Of a stretch of 50,524 nucleotides of DNA, positions 38,103 to 48,155 are shown one piece after another. This DNA is from Minisyncoccia bacterium. GTDB taxonomy: Bacteria > Patescibacteriota > Minisyncoccia > Moranbacterales > GCA-2747515. Within the stretch, counting starts at the first letter, position 1; every line of letters starts with the position of its first letter. The stretch spans positions 67,404-117,927 of the forward strand of contig JBGSQF010000018.1 in NCBI GenBank assembly GCA_041738235.1, given 5' to 3'. The notes below the pieces were generated by a model. It made no database searches, had not been told where the DNA came from, and saw nothing but the letters and a program-made list of their open reading frames with translations. Position numbers and translations under genes: made by a program.

Positions 38103-39245
38103 ATGAAAAAGTATAGTACCCTCGCAGGAGTGTTTTTGATCATAGGTATTCTCGGAGCTTTCGTCGTAGCAAAGCAGCTCCCCTCTCAAGTATCAGCACA
38201 AATAGACAAAAATGTGAAAATAGTTTTGGCCGTTAGCAAGGAGAACGTACAGACCAAGATCGTTTCCGGTTTTGTGCGTGGTAAGGAAGAAGTTGCCATA
38301 AGTCCCAAGATATTTGGGAGGATCCAGGAGATACGGGTTGCGGAAGGAGATAAGGTAAGTCAGGGGGATGTTATCGCTGTTTTGGACGGAAGTGAATACG
38401 GAGCGGCTTTGAACACCGCTAGCGTATCGCTCAAAATGTCCGAGAGCGTGGCCAAGGAATCGAATCGATATTTTGATGAGCAGGTAGCAGTTGCTGAGAA
38501 GTCACTTGAAAAAGCGAAAGAAGCCTATGATCAGGCTAAAAGCGATAGTGATGAGAACGCACGAGATATTGCCAAGAAGGATGTTGAGATCGCGGAGCAG
38601 TCTTTAGATGCAGCAAAACGGTTTCGCGATATGAATAAAGAATCTTCTTCTGGGCAGTCGGACGTGTTTGAGTCACAGCGTCAAGAGGCTGGGATCTGGG
38701 CTCAGGAGACGATCGTTCGAGCGCCTTTTTCCGGAGTGATCACTCGAATCCCTTTTGATCGAGGAACGCTGGTTTCTTCTCAAACGATGATCGCCTCGAT
38801 GACCCGATCCGATGCCTTCGAGGTATCGGTCTTTGTGGAGGCGCAGTATCAATCGGTGATACAGAAAGGACAAGCTGTTTCTATTCGGGATGTGTCAGGA
38901 TCTTCGTGGAATGGAACGGTAGAGTCGGTTTCTCCTGGAGCTGACAGAGAAACACAGAAGACCCGCGTAGTGGTGTCGATGCAAAAAGGAGACACTGTCC
39001 CACAGTTAGGGGGTTGGGTAGAGGTGGCATTTAAATGGCACGGTAATGAATCGGGAATATTTGTCCCAGTGGATGCTGTGGTCAAAGAATATTATGACAC
39101 TTTTGTGTGGGTGAAGGATGGCGATACGTTTGAGAAAAAGAAGGTGACGCTAGGAGCTATACGAGATCAAGACATTGAAGTTTTGAGTGGGCTTGCTGGG
39201 GGAGAACAAGTAGTGACAGAAGGAAAAAGCGATCTAAGTGAGTAA
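38103..39245 (+). CDS. RND efflux membrane-fusion (adaptor) protein
   Basis: ISPKIFGRI..I.VAEGD.V..G lipoyl half, coiled coil, VRAPFSGVI, VP..AV, V.SGL..GE.VV.EG. Confidence 0.92.
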   Translation: MKKYSTLAGVFLIIGILGAFVVAKQLPSQVSAQIDKNVKIVLAVSKENVQTKIVSGFVRGKEEVAISPKIFGRIQEIRVAEGDKVSQGDVIAVLDGSEYGAALNTASVSLKMSESVAKESNRYFDEQVAVAEKSLEKAKEAYDQAKSDSDENARDIAKKDVEIAEQSLDAAKRFRDMNKESSSGQSDVFESQRQEAGIWAQETIVRAPFSGVITRIPFDRGTLVSSQTMIASMTRSDAFEVSVFVEAQYQSVIQKGQAVSIRDVSGSSWNGTVESVSPGADRETQKTRVVVSMQKGDTVPQLGGWVEVAFKWHGNESGIFVPVDAVVKEYYDTFVWVKDGDTFEKKKVTLGAIRDQDIEVLSGLAGGEQVVTEGKSDLSE

Positions 39246-39269
39246 TAACAGAAACCCGATTTCTTTGGG

Positions 39270-42200
39270 ATGGTGTGGGTGAACTTTATTGACAATGATA
39301 TGCATACAGACAACTTTGGGTTTTGGGGGAATATGACGCACGTCTTTGTGGAGAACCGGCGATTGGGAGTGCTGACCATTCTTGCTGTTTTTGTGTGGGG
39401 GTTTATGAGTTTTATGATCATGCCCAAGCAGTATAATCCCGAGATCACCGCTCCGGCATTCGTAGTGGAGACGCAGTTTCCTGGAGCGTCAAATGAGGAA
39501 GTATATCGACTCATCACCGTGCCTATGGAGGATACGATCTCGGAACTTCCCCAGGTGGATAAGATATTTTCTCAGTCACGTGAGGGGGGTGTCAGTATGG
39601 TGACGGTACAGTTTGTGATCGGGAGCAGTGTCGAAAATGCTAAGACCGCGCTACGCCAGAAGATCCAAGGAAATATTGATCAAAAACCGATCGGGGCCAA
39701 TGATCCGGTGATTCGTGATGTTGATCCCGATACGGTTCCTTTAGTGGCATTTCGACTTACATCGCAGGATCTTTCCTTGGCTTCTTTGCGGGCGGTGGGA
39801 TATGATGTAGCGGATGTTATCAAGAAGGTTCCTCAGACGGGAGCAGTATCGGTGTATGGTGGATATGAGAACCATCTTGTGATGGACCTTGATGCGAACG
39901 CTCTTGACCGATTTGGTGTTTCAGTAATGGAGGTCGTGCAAGTGATACAAAACAATAATGCTGGGGTATTTATTGACTCGATCGATCAGGGAATGGCGAA
40001 CAGGCCGATTCGTGTATCTGGATCCGTTGAAGATGTCGAACAGGCAAAAAAACTGATAGTAAAAATGAACGGGGATGCACCTGTCTTCTTATCAGATGTG
40101 GCAAAAGTATCGATCGGTCCCGGAACAGTGTCGAGTTTTGTGCGTTTTTCTGATAAACAAACTTCTCTGGATGCGGTGTATGTGGCGATCGCAAAGCAAA
40201 AGGGAAGCAACGGAACGACCGTTTCTGAGAGTGTAGTGGCAGCGGTAGAGAAGATAAGAGAGGATAAACAGCTTCCGGAGGATGTAGACATTTCTGTGGT
40301 GACGGACGAAGGGCGTGTAGCGAAAGAGTCGGTATCTTCTCTTACAGTCAATCTCTTTCAATCGATCGCGATCGTTTCTTTGGTCTTGTGGGCATTTTTG
40401 GGATGGCGAAGTGCTTTGGTAGTGGCGATAGCAATACCGCTCACGCTGGCATTTGTTTTTGGGTTGGGGAATCTATTTGGGTATACCGTGAATCGTATAA
40501 CGCTGTTTGCCCTTATTTTGTCACTCGGGCTTTTGGTAGATAGCGCTATTGTGGTAGTGGAGAATATTGAACGTCTCATAAGACTCTATCCGGAAAGAAA
40601 ACGCTCGGAGGTGATCGCACAAGCGGTACAAGAAGTCGGTATGGGACTTTTTCTCTCGACACTCACGACGGTTCTAGCCTTTATCCCGATGGCATTCGTT
40701 GGGGGGATGATGGGCCCGTACATGGGACCAATTCCCTTTTTTGTTCCGGCGGCACTCTTGGGATCACTGATTATCGCGGTAACGGTGAGTCCGTATCTTA
40801 TTAGCAGGATAACTAAAAGATCAAAAGTTGAGGACCGAGCAAGTATTTCTCAGAAAAAAGAGTCTTTCTTTTTGCGGCAACTTCATCGACTTCGCGATGG
40901 GTATGCTACGATGATCGAACGCATCCTCACAAAAAAAAGTAATCGAAGAAGGATCTTGTGGGGCACGCTCGGAGTCTTCGTGATCTCACTGTTGCTTCCA
41001 GCGTTTACTGTCGTTCCATTTCGCATGCTTCCCAAAGCAGACAAGGAACAGTTCTTTGTGTATCTTGATCTTCCTGAGACAAATGGAGTGGATAGAACGC
41101 TCGAGGTATCCCAGACAGTGGAAAAATATTTTCTGAAACAAGACCAAGTAACAAGCGTGCAGAGTTTTGTGGGCACGCCACAAATAGTGGACTTCAACGG
41201 ACTCTTTAAAGGGAGTGACGCTCGTAGAGAACCGTTTCAAGCAACTCTAAAGGTCAACTTGATCCATCCCAACGATCGAAAGGAAACTTCAGAAGTGTTG
41301 GTTCAGAAGTACCGTACCGGTCTTTCTGAGTCGTTGGCTGACTATCCCGACGTGCGATTTCAGATGATCGAGGATCCGCCGGGTCCACCAGTACGCGGTA
41401 CGATATTTGTAAAGGTCTTAGGGGAAGATCGAAAAATAGTAGATAGTATCACCCGAGACACGGCCAAAATGATGGGATCTATTTCCGAAGTAAAGGACAT
41501 TGATACCACTCTTCCGGAGCAGGGGTATGAGAAGGTATATCGTATCAATACCGAAAAAGCGCAGATGTTGGGAGTGAGCAGTTCTGCAATAGTAGGAACG
41601 ATGCAGGTTTCTTTGAGTGGTATGCAAGTGGGGCTTTTGCATGATCGTGTCAATTCTGATGTGCGTATCATGGAGCGTCAATATGTTCTTGTCCGGTTTG
41701 CCGAGCAGGATCGTGATGCGTACCAAGATATAGGGCGAATTTCCGTACCAAGTTCTAGTGGGAAATCGGTGAGCATCACTGAGCTTCTTGACGAAGTTCC
41801 CGCCGAGCAATCTCGAACGATCATTTCTGATGAGCGCACGATGACGGAGTATATCTTTGCGGAGATGGGCAATCGCAGTGCCATCTACGCTTCGATCGAT
41901 ATGTTGAGCGATCTTCTACAGTACAACATACCGGTAGAAAATGGAGTAGTGGATCACTGGTCGCTTTTCGGAGTAACCTATCGCGATGCGGATACAGGGA
42001 AAACGTATGATGTGCTTCTGGATGGAGAATGGAAGCTGACACTTGAGGTGTTTCGTGATCTTGGTACTGCTTTCGGTGTGGCACTCGTAGCGATATTCTT
42101 TGTGCTTGCGGTACAGTTTCAGTCCATACGTTCTTCGATGTTGGTAATGGTGACTATCCCTCTGGGACTTATCGGGGTGCTTCCGGGTTTTGCGATCCTC

Positions 42201-42551
42201 AACGTCGTTCAAGGGACGTACTTCAATGCTACGTCGATGATCGGAGTGATCGCGCTTGCGGGGATCGTGGTCAATAATGCGATCATTCTTCTGGAATACT
42301 TAAGTCAGATCCAAAAAGAAGGAATACCGCTTCGGCAGGCGTTGGTAGAAGCGGGAAGGACACGATTTGCACCGATACTCCTTACATCACTGACCACTAT
42401 CCTCGGGTCACTCACTATTATTAGTGATCCGGTATGGGAGGGATTGGCATGGGCGATCTTTTGGGGGCTTTCCGTGTCGTCATTTCTGACGCTTGTGGTC
42501 TTTCCAGTGCTATACTATGAAGTAATGAGAAAGGGTCAACCAAGTGCATAA
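39270..42551 (+). CDS. RND permease (AcrB/AcrD/AcrF family)
   Basis: 1093 aa; FPGAS.EEV...IT.P.E, GLLVDSAIVVVENI, GIVVNNAI, RFAPILLTSLTT. Start could be 39300. Confidence 0.95.
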   Translation: MVWVNFIDNDMHTDNFGFWGNMTHVFVENRRLGVLTILAVFVWGFMSFMIMPKQYNPEITAPAFVVETQFPGASNEEVYRLITVPMEDTISELPQVDKIFSQSREGGVSMVTVQFVIGSSVENAKTALRQKIQGNIDQKPIGANDPVIRDVDPDTVPLVAFRLTSQDLSLASLRAVGYDVADVIKKVPQTGAVSVYGGYENHLVMDLDANALDRFGVSVMEVVQVIQNNNAGVFIDSIDQGMANRPIRVSGSVEDVEQAKKLIVKMNGDAPVFLSDVAKVSIGPGTVSSFVRFSDKQTSLDAVYVAIAKQKGSNGTTVSESVVAAVEKIREDKQLPEDVDISVVTDEGRVAKESVSSLTVNLFQSIAIVSLVLWAFLGWRSALVVAIAIPLTLAFVFGLGNLFGYTVNRITLFALILSLGLLVDSAIVVVENIERLIRLYPERKRSEVIAQAVQEVGMGLFLSTLTTVLAFIPMAFVGGMMGPYMGPIPFFVPAALLGSLIIAVTVSPYLISRITKRSKVEDRASISQKKESFFLRQLHRLRDGYATMIERILTKKSNRRRILWGTLGVFVISLLLPAFTVVPFRMLPKADKEQFFVYLDLPETNGVDRTLEVSQTVEKYFLKQDQVTSVQSFVGTPQIVDFNGLFKGSDARREPFQATLKVNLIHPNDRKETSEVLVQKYRTGLSESLADYPDVRFQMIEDPPGPPVRGTIFVKVLGEDRKIVDSITRDTAKMMGSISEVKDIDTTLPEQGYEKVYRINTEKAQMLGVSSSAIVGTMQVSLSGMQVGLLHDRVNSDVRIMERQYVLVRFAEQDRDAYQDIGRISVPSSSGKSVSITELLDEVPAEQSRTIISDERTMTEYIFAEMGNRSAIYASIDMLSDLLQYNIPVENGVVDHWSLFGVTYRDADTGKTYDVLLDGEWKLTLEVFRDLGTAFGVALVAIFFVLAVQFQSIRSSMLVMVTIPLGLIGVLPGFAILNVVQGTYFNATSMIGVIALAGIVVNNAIILLEYLSQIQKEGIPLRQALVEAGRTRFAPILLTSLTTILGSLTIISDPVWEGLAWAIFWGLSVSSFLTLVVFPVLYYEVMRKGQPSA

Positions 42552-42637
42552 AGACATCAAGACAAAAGTCCAAAAAGTTTTATCGAGATATGTTGCGGCG
42601 TTATTAAGGAATATAAATTGTTAATGTTAAAAAGCGT

Positions 42638-42856
42638 ATGTATAAACTCAACACATCCAAATGGTCAGTGGAACGCGCAGTCTATCTGGTAGCGGGAATA
42701 TTCGTTCTGGGATCGGTGATCTTGGGATGTATCGTTCACGAGTATTTTTTGTATTTCACGGCATTTGTGGGGGCAATGCTTATCAACTTTTCCCTTACGG
42801 GTTGGTGTCCGATGGCGATATTGCTAGATAAAGTAGGAGTAGGAAAAGAAAAATAG
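42638..42856 (+). CDS. DUF2892/YgaP-like small membrane protein
   Basis: WSVERAVYLVAG...FVGAML...SLTGWCPM..LL.K.G. Confidence 0.88.
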   Translation: MYKLNTSKWSVERAVYLVAGIFVLGSVILGCIVHEYFLYFTAFVGAMLINFSLTGWCPMAILLDKVGVGKEK

Positions 42857-42863
42857 TATTGAA

Positions 42864-42899
42864 AAGGCCCCACGTTCCTCCGGACGTGGGGCTTTCTTT
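42864..42899. terminator. Bidirectional terminator
   Basis: AAGGCCCCACGTT-cctccg-GACGTGGGGCTTT between convergent genes. Confidence 0.8.
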
Positions 42900-42917
42900 G
42901 TTTTAGTAGGGTCTGCG

Positions 42918-44279
42918 TTAGCCCTGCTCGATGATCCGAGTGAGGGTGGACAGAGTGCTGTCCGGTGCGCGGACGATGTTTCCGATGAGGCCCTTCGCTG
43001 CCGATTCGGTGAACTTGAGTCCAGCGGCGGTCGCGACGACAAACACCGCTGATCCGGGATTTATGGTTCTGTCGTGAACGGCGCGTTTGATCCCGCCGAG
43101 TGCGATCCCGGTCTGCGGGCAGACAAAAAGCCCATCCTTGCCACAGATGGCCACCGCCTCGTTGAGCGTGTGCTCTGGAGTTATAACCATTGCGCCCTGG
43201 GAAGTGAGTATCTCCCGCATGACCTTGGGAGCCGAAACGGGATTGCCGATGAGGGCAGCTGTTGCCGTTGTTTTTCCCACAGCCTTAGAAGTTGAACGGA
43301 AATGACCTTCCCATCTTGCGTGGAGATCAGTTTTGCTATCGAGTCTGGCAAGGAACCATGAGGTTGCCAGAGGGCATGCCGCTTCCGATTGGCATCCGAG
43401 GATCCGGGAGGATCTTTCACGATAGCCAACTCGTCGGAGGGTCCGAAGGCCCTTGCCGATCGAGCTCACGTTCGACCCATTTCCGACAGGCGCAACGATC
43501 CAGTCCGGTAATTTCCATCCGAGGTGTTGCGCGATCTGGAACACCGTCGCCTGGTGTCCTTCGATCCTGGTGGGATTGATGCTGTTAGCGGGGAAAAGGA
43601 TTCCCTCCGCGTAGAGCTCGCCAGCAACCTTCATGGCTACGTCGAAATTCCCAGGGACGAGGATGACTCGCGCCCCGTGCACTAGGGGTTGGGCCATCTG
43701 AGCCGGTGTCACCTGACTTCCTTTGGCATCGGGCAGGATCACTACGCATTCCATTTCGGCGGCCGAGGCGTATGCGGCAGTCATAGCAGAGGTGTCTCCC
43801 GTTGAGGCACAACCGATCCGCTTGATCCCGGCGGCCTTGGCAACCGACATCATGACAGTGCCCCCCGCGTCCTTGAAAGACCAGGTCGGAAGAGTCCCCT
43901 CATAGATGATCCGGAGGTCGACATCTCCTCCGATCCATTCACGCAGGTGTCTTCCCGCAGGAATGATGGGGAAGTTGCCTTCTCCGAGGGTGACGATGTG
44001 TTCATCTGATAAATTCGGCATGATGAGCTCTTTGAATCGCCATATGCCGGAGGTGTACAGATGAGGATGGGCGTGCTTATGTGGCTCGGAGATCGTTCTA
44101 GCACGCTGGTCGAACAGGTTCGTAAGCGTGTCGAAACCCCGTAAATTGGTGAAGTTGTGTATCACGTCGTAGAGTCCACCACATACTGGGCAACGGAACG
44201 ACCGCTCAGTGAGTAGGTCAGCTTCATATCCGCAGTCCATGCAGATGAGACCTGTACCAGGCATTGTGTTTTGCTTCAT
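42918..44279 (-). CDS. thrC: Threonine synthase (PLP fold II)
   Basis: N-terminal CxxC..CPxCGG, TLGEG, PTWSFKD (PLP lysine), CASTGDTSA, NSINP.RIEG, PVGNG.N, TAAGLKF. Confidence 0.88.
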   Translation of the reverse strand: MKQNTMPGTGLICMDCGYEADLLTERSFRCPVCGGLYDVIHNFTNLRGFDTLTNLFDQRARTISEPHKHAHPHLYTSGIWRFKELIMPNLSDEHIVTLGEGNFPIIPAGRHLREWIGGDVDLRIIYEGTLPTWSFKDAGGTVMMSVAKAAGIKRIGCASTGDTSAMTAAYASAAEMECVVILPDAKGSQVTPAQMAQPLVHGARVILVPGNFDVAMKVAGELYAEGILFPANSINPTRIEGHQATVFQIAQHLGWKLPDWIVAPVGNGSNVSSIGKGLRTLRRVGYRERSSRILGCQSEAACPLATSWFLARLDSKTDLHARWEGHFRSTSKAVGKTTATAALIGNPVSAPKVMREILTSQGAMVITPEHTLNEAVAICGKDGLFVCPQTGIALGGIKRAVHDRTINPGSAVFVVATAAGLKFTESAAKGLIGNIVRAPDSTLSTLTRIIEQG

Positions 44280-44346
44280 GGGGCTTCTCCCGTGGGTTGT
44301 TTGAGGTACTACTTACGAAAATAGAACCGTTTGGTTCGTGGTTGGA

Positions 44347-44374
44347 AGTGTAGGACAATGGCAAGCATTGTCAA
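44347..44374 (-). promoter_or_regulatory. thrC promoter with internal inverted repeat
   Basis: Minus strand TTGACA-N16-TACACT; GACAATG-N5-CATTGTC at 44354-44372. Confidence 0.55.
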
Positions 44375-44699
44375 TTGCAGGCACACACGTTACGCTACCT
44401 GTATGCAAATTATTTCTACAACCAAGACAACCAAGAAGATGACCGACAAGATCGATATATTTTGCGTTGGTTGGGAGAGATAAAATGCATGAGGTAAAAT
44501 AGGAGACTTACATTTCCCGGTTCACGTAGCCGGTTTTTTATTGGAGGATCATTTCTGCCTGTTTCTTCACTCATTTGGATAAGAGATCGAATAGTAGAGT
44601 CGCTATTTTTTACAAGGGCGACTCTTCTTTTTTGCTTGATAAAATACATAAGGAAGAATATGATGAGGGTGTTTTTAAACGTTCGCGGAGAACAGAGTT

Positions 44700-45005
44700 A
44701 TGTGCAGAGTGGTGTGTATTGACACGAAGGCACCCTATGTCCCAGAAAGTGGGGAAGAGGGCGCAGAAGTGTGGGAGATCCTTGATCTCAAGGACAGGCA
44801 ACTCACGATCGAGGAATGCCTCGATGCTCGTCGAGAAGAGGGACCACACCTCTTTGTGGTGTGTCCTGATTGCGGATGGACGGCAACTGTAGGTGTAGAT
44901 CCTGACCTCTCAGATGAAGAGTTGGATGATGTTGTTTTCCAAATGGAACTAGAGCATGATCAAAGACACCAAGATTGCCTCGGGCGTATCGATGTTTACC
45001 GTTAA
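44700..45005 (+). CDS. Small acidic hypothetical protein with putative Zn site
   Basis: CPDCG...EHDQRHQDC; hairpin at 45018-45042 follows the stop. Confidence 0.6.
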   Translation: MCRVVCIDTKAPYVPESGEEGAEVWEILDLKDRQLTIEECLDARREEGPHLFVVCPDCGWTATVGVDPDLSDEELDDVVFQMELEHDQRHQDCLGRIDVYR

Positions 45006-45268
45006 GAACCAGGTGGCGGGGAGACAATGGATTTGTCTCCCCTCTTACACAATTGAGGGGATGTCAATGTGATAGAGCGTAAAAACAGTTGAGGTTTGTT
45101 TTTAAATTTTTAAAATTCAATCTGTTTTAGAGGGAAAGTGATCCGTGAATAAGAAGCAAAAAATATAACCTTCTTTGGACAAGATCTTATTTCTGTGATA
45201 TGAGAAAAGTGCAAGGGATTGGAAGTTTTGCTGGGAGTTTAATCTTACATCGTTAGGAGGGGTACGCA

Positions 45269-45649
45269 ATGCTTCGTGGTCGGTTTGCAAAAAGCTTGGC
45301 GATTTTGGCGACTATAGCCTCCCATGGGGGGAGTAATGCGCTGAAGTTGGTGGGTCGGACGAGTGGTGTCTGTCTCAGCTACACGGAAAGCATAGCCGTC
45401 CGACTTCGTGGGGGAGGATTCATCAAGGGGAAGCGTGGTCATCATGGCGGATATACCCTAGTCAATGGGTCGAGGGAGATGCCCATGGTTCAGGTTATCT
45501 GTTGCTTGGAAGGGGTTGAGGGGGATGAGGATCTGCCGGCGGAGATCGCGGCTTTACTTTCCTTCCTTGAGGAAATCACCCTGGATCAGTACTTGGACCG
45601 TCTATGGGCGATCCGGGCTCATCGGGATCAAGCAAAGAAAGTGGCCTGA
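45269..45649 (+). CDS. Divergent Rrf2-family winged-helix regulator
   Basis: SLSYTESIAVRLRGGGFIKGKRGHHGGYTL..VICCLEG matches the Rrf2 S..YL..I...L...G.I.S.RG..GGY.L..EG pattern; AGGAGG SD. Confidence 0.7.
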   Translation: MLRGRFAKSLAILATIASHGGSNALKLVGRTSGVCLSYTESIAVRLRGGGFIKGKRGHHGGYTLVNGSREMPMVQVICCLEGVEGDEDLPAEIAALLSFLEEITLDQYLDRLWAIRAHRDQAKKVA

Positions 45650-45712
45650 TCGCTAACTCCCGAGAGCAAACCGTGTAAGACAGTTTTCGTTTTCCGTCAG
45701 CAGCGGAACTTG

Positions 45713-45758
45713 AGGGGGTGTTTTGCAGGTCGTACCTGTTAAAGCACCCCTTTTTTTT
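45713..45758 (+). terminator. Long rho-independent terminator
   Basis: GGGGTGTTTT-GCAGG-tcgta-CCTGT-T-AAAGCACCCC followed by T8. Confidence 0.75.
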
Positions 45759-45903
45759 GCGAAGAAATCTGAACGTTGGATCTATTTGCAAAGAGAAAAT
45801 AAAAGATTGCCTTATTTTCTGGGGCGTGATACTTTTTCTCTAGAGGACTTGGTGTATCTAAGCCCTCTTTTTTCAACCAGCTCTTTACGAGAGGATACTT
45901 CCG

Positions 45904-47340
45904 ATGACTCCGATCACGATCGAAGAGGCCGTTCGTTTTCTGATGAGCGCTGGACAGCTCAAGAGAAGGAACTTGTTTATGCCGGGAGACGGCAGGTATC
46001 AGCCAGAGGCGCTCCGCCCATTCTTTGGGTATGACCAGTGGGCCGGGTGGTGCATCATCGTTGAGTGGTTTTGGATGCAGACGCTCGCGGATCTGGGTGA
46101 GATGCCCCAGGAGGACGCGCAGTATCTCGTTCCGGAGTTACTCAACAAGATGCTCCGGTCCATCACCACGACCATGCAAGACAAGAAGGAGAAGGGGAAC
46201 AAGAAGGAGAAGGGGACCAATCATGATATCCTCGCACTCCTTGCCCTTATGCGGGAGCACTTGCCTGAGCCGTTACACCGTTGGCTTCACTTCGGGGCAA
46301 CGTCATACGACATCATCTCTACCGCATACGCTTTGCAGCTGAAGCAGGCATTCACGAATGTCTTTTTGGACGAACTCTGGGACCTCGACGAGCTCTGGCG
46401 CGAGAAGATTCGGGATACCGCGGAGATCCTTCAGGCCGGCAGGACACACCTGCAGACGGCACTACCGGTTACGGTTGGATGCTGGCTAGCCAATCTCCAC
46501 AACCGGTTCGCGGAGAGCGCTCGTGAAGCCTTGGTCCTGGTAAGGAAGGTCCCCGGGAAGTTTAGCGGTGCCGTGGGAACGTATGCGTCACAGCGGGCGC
46601 TCCTTTCCTCGACGGAAGCGGAAACAAGGATCATGGAGATGCTTGGTCTTCCTGCGGCACGGGTGAGCACGCAGATCGCCCCACCGGAAGGGATGGCTCG
46701 GTTCTATCATGAGCTCGTCATGCTTTCCGGGGCGCTTGCCAATCTGGGCGAGGACACGCGGATCCTGCAAAGCTCGCAGTTCGGAGAGATCGTGAGTGCA
46801 AGTTCAGGCTCTTCTGCGATGTCGCACAAGACGGCCAATCCGATCGCCGGCGAGAACGTTGCTGGGATGCATATGACAGTGGTGGCCGAGTACCAGAAGG
46901 TACTGCTCACGTTGGTGAGCGACTTGCAGAGGGATCTGCGTGGCTCGAGCGTTATGCGGAGCTACTGCGCCGTGGCCGTCTACGTTTTCCAGCAGATCCT
47001 GACGGCGAAGCGGCTGCTCGGCAGTATGAAGGTGAACGAGGATCAGTGCATGGAAAATCTGGGTCGGTGGGTGAGGATCCTGCCGGCAGAAGTCTTGCAT
47101 CTGGCTCTCCAACGGGAAGGATTTCCCGATGCACATCACTTCGTCAACCAGCAGATCGTTCCAGAGGCTTTCAGGAGAGGCGCTCGTCTCGATTGGGTGA
47201 TGGACGAACAGCTTGGTGAAGTGCAGGAAGTGTGGAACCGAGTTCCGCCGAAGGTCCGTTTGGCGATCGAGGATCCAAAGAGCTACATCGGCGATGCGGT
47301 ACTCATCGGGCTCAAAGAGGCTGAGAATAGCATCTGGTAA
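45904..47340 (+). CDS. purB: Adenylosuccinate lyase (fumarase/aspartase superfamily), GC-rich
   Basis: TNHDI, LHFGATSYD, GRTHLQTA.P.T.G, KFSGAVGT, STQI, GSSAMSHKTANP, QRDL..S. Confidence 0.88.
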   Translation: MTPITIEEAVRFLMSAGQLKRRNLFMPGDGRYQPEALRPFFGYDQWAGWCIIVEWFWMQTLADLGEMPQEDAQYLVPELLNKMLRSITTTMQDKKEKGNKKEKGTNHDILALLALMREHLPEPLHRWLHFGATSYDIISTAYALQLKQAFTNVFLDELWDLDELWREKIRDTAEILQAGRTHLQTALPVTVGCWLANLHNRFAESAREALVLVRKVPGKFSGAVGTYASQRALLSSTEAETRIMEMLGLPAARVSTQIAPPEGMARFYHELVMLSGALANLGEDTRILQSSQFGEIVSASSGSSAMSHKTANPIAGENVAGMHMTVVAEYQKVLLTLVSDLQRDLRGSSVMRSYCAVAVYVFQQILTAKRLLGSMKVNEDQCMENLGRWVRILPAEVLHLALQREGFPDAHHFVNQQIVPEAFRRGARLDWVMDEQLGEVQEVWNRVPPKVRLAIEDPKSYIGDAVLIGLKEAENSIW

Positions 47341-47370
47341 AACAAGATCACATCTAAACACGTTTATTTC

Positions 47371-47406
47371 GGCCGCTTGGGGAATTCCTCGAGCGGTCAG
47401 TTTTTT
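47371..47406 (+). terminator. Rho-independent terminator
   Basis: GGCCGCTTGGGG-aatt-CCTCGAGCGGTC then AG-T6. Confidence 0.7.
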
Positions 47407-47592
47407 ATGGGAGAGGGTGTCTTTCCGAGGAGAAAATATTTGGGAGATATAGTATGCTCTTTGTGATATCGGGAAGGAGATATAAGGTGGGCAATTGAGA
47501 ATCTATGTTTTTTTGTGAACCCACTTGAAATAAAGAAAAAAAGGGGATAGGATACCGATATCTTTCAACTGCACAGAGTAAGAGGTAAGACG

Positions 47593-47925
47593 ATGGAAGA
47601 TCAATTGGAGTTCTTTGTAGTTCCGACTGGCAAGAACCGCGCCGATGCCAACGAGGCCGTGTGGATGTTTCTTGCAACGAGAGGCCAGGGGACACAGGAT
47701 AAGGCCGAAGCCAACATTACCGTTGGGGGTGAGACGATATCGGGGATTCGTGTCACGCGCAGTGAGATGGAAATGATCCGGGACTCTGCCAAGAGTTTTA
47801 GATTTCGCTTCAGGATCCTGTCCGTCAATCCGAGGACGGAGGAGATAAAGGTGCACTTCGGTGCCCCGTTGTCTTCTCTTCCTCCGATCCAACGTGGGTC
47901 TGACACCCAAAAACCGACCAAGTGA
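47593..47925 (+). CDS. Hypothetical protein
   Basis: GAGGT SD; first of three tightly spaced ORFs. Confidence 0.65.
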   Translation: MEDQLEFFVVPTGKNRADANEAVWMFLATRGQGTQDKAEANITVGGETISGIRVTRSEMEMIRDSAKSFRFRFRILSVNPRTEEIKVHFGAPLSSLPPIQRGSDTQKPTK

Positions 47926-47937
47926 GGAGGGCGAAAT

Positions 47938-48153
47938 ATGTTCAAGTTCTCACCCCCTGAGGGGACGGAAAGACTTCTTTGTCCGAAGTGCGGGAAAGAG
48001 GCGTTTCGAGATTCGGGATGCACTGCTCAGATAGAGCTCATTCGGTCTATTCCTGGATTCTCGGCGCAAAATCCCGAGGGAGAGCCGATCGGACTGGTCA
48101 TTCACTGTGGTTGTGGTTGCAACGACATGGCACCGCTGGTGCCGAGGAGGTAG
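47938..48153 (+). CDS. Small zinc-ribbon-like protein
   Basis: AGGAGG SD; CPKCG ... HCGCG. Confidence 0.65.
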   Translation: MFKFSPPEGTERLLCPKCGKEAFRDSGCTAQIELIRSIPGFSAQNPEGEPIGLVIHCGCGCNDMAPLVPRR

Positions 48154-48155
48154 AG

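Noticed and set aside
44416-44649. 77-aa minus-strand ORF and short CAACCAAGA direct repeat
   Set aside because: No SD or recognisable motif; a two-copy 9-mer is expected by chance.
45655-45712. c-di-GMP-I riboswitch-like GCAAACC
   Set aside because: Lacks the GNRA-capped P2 and the following GACGCAAAGC core.
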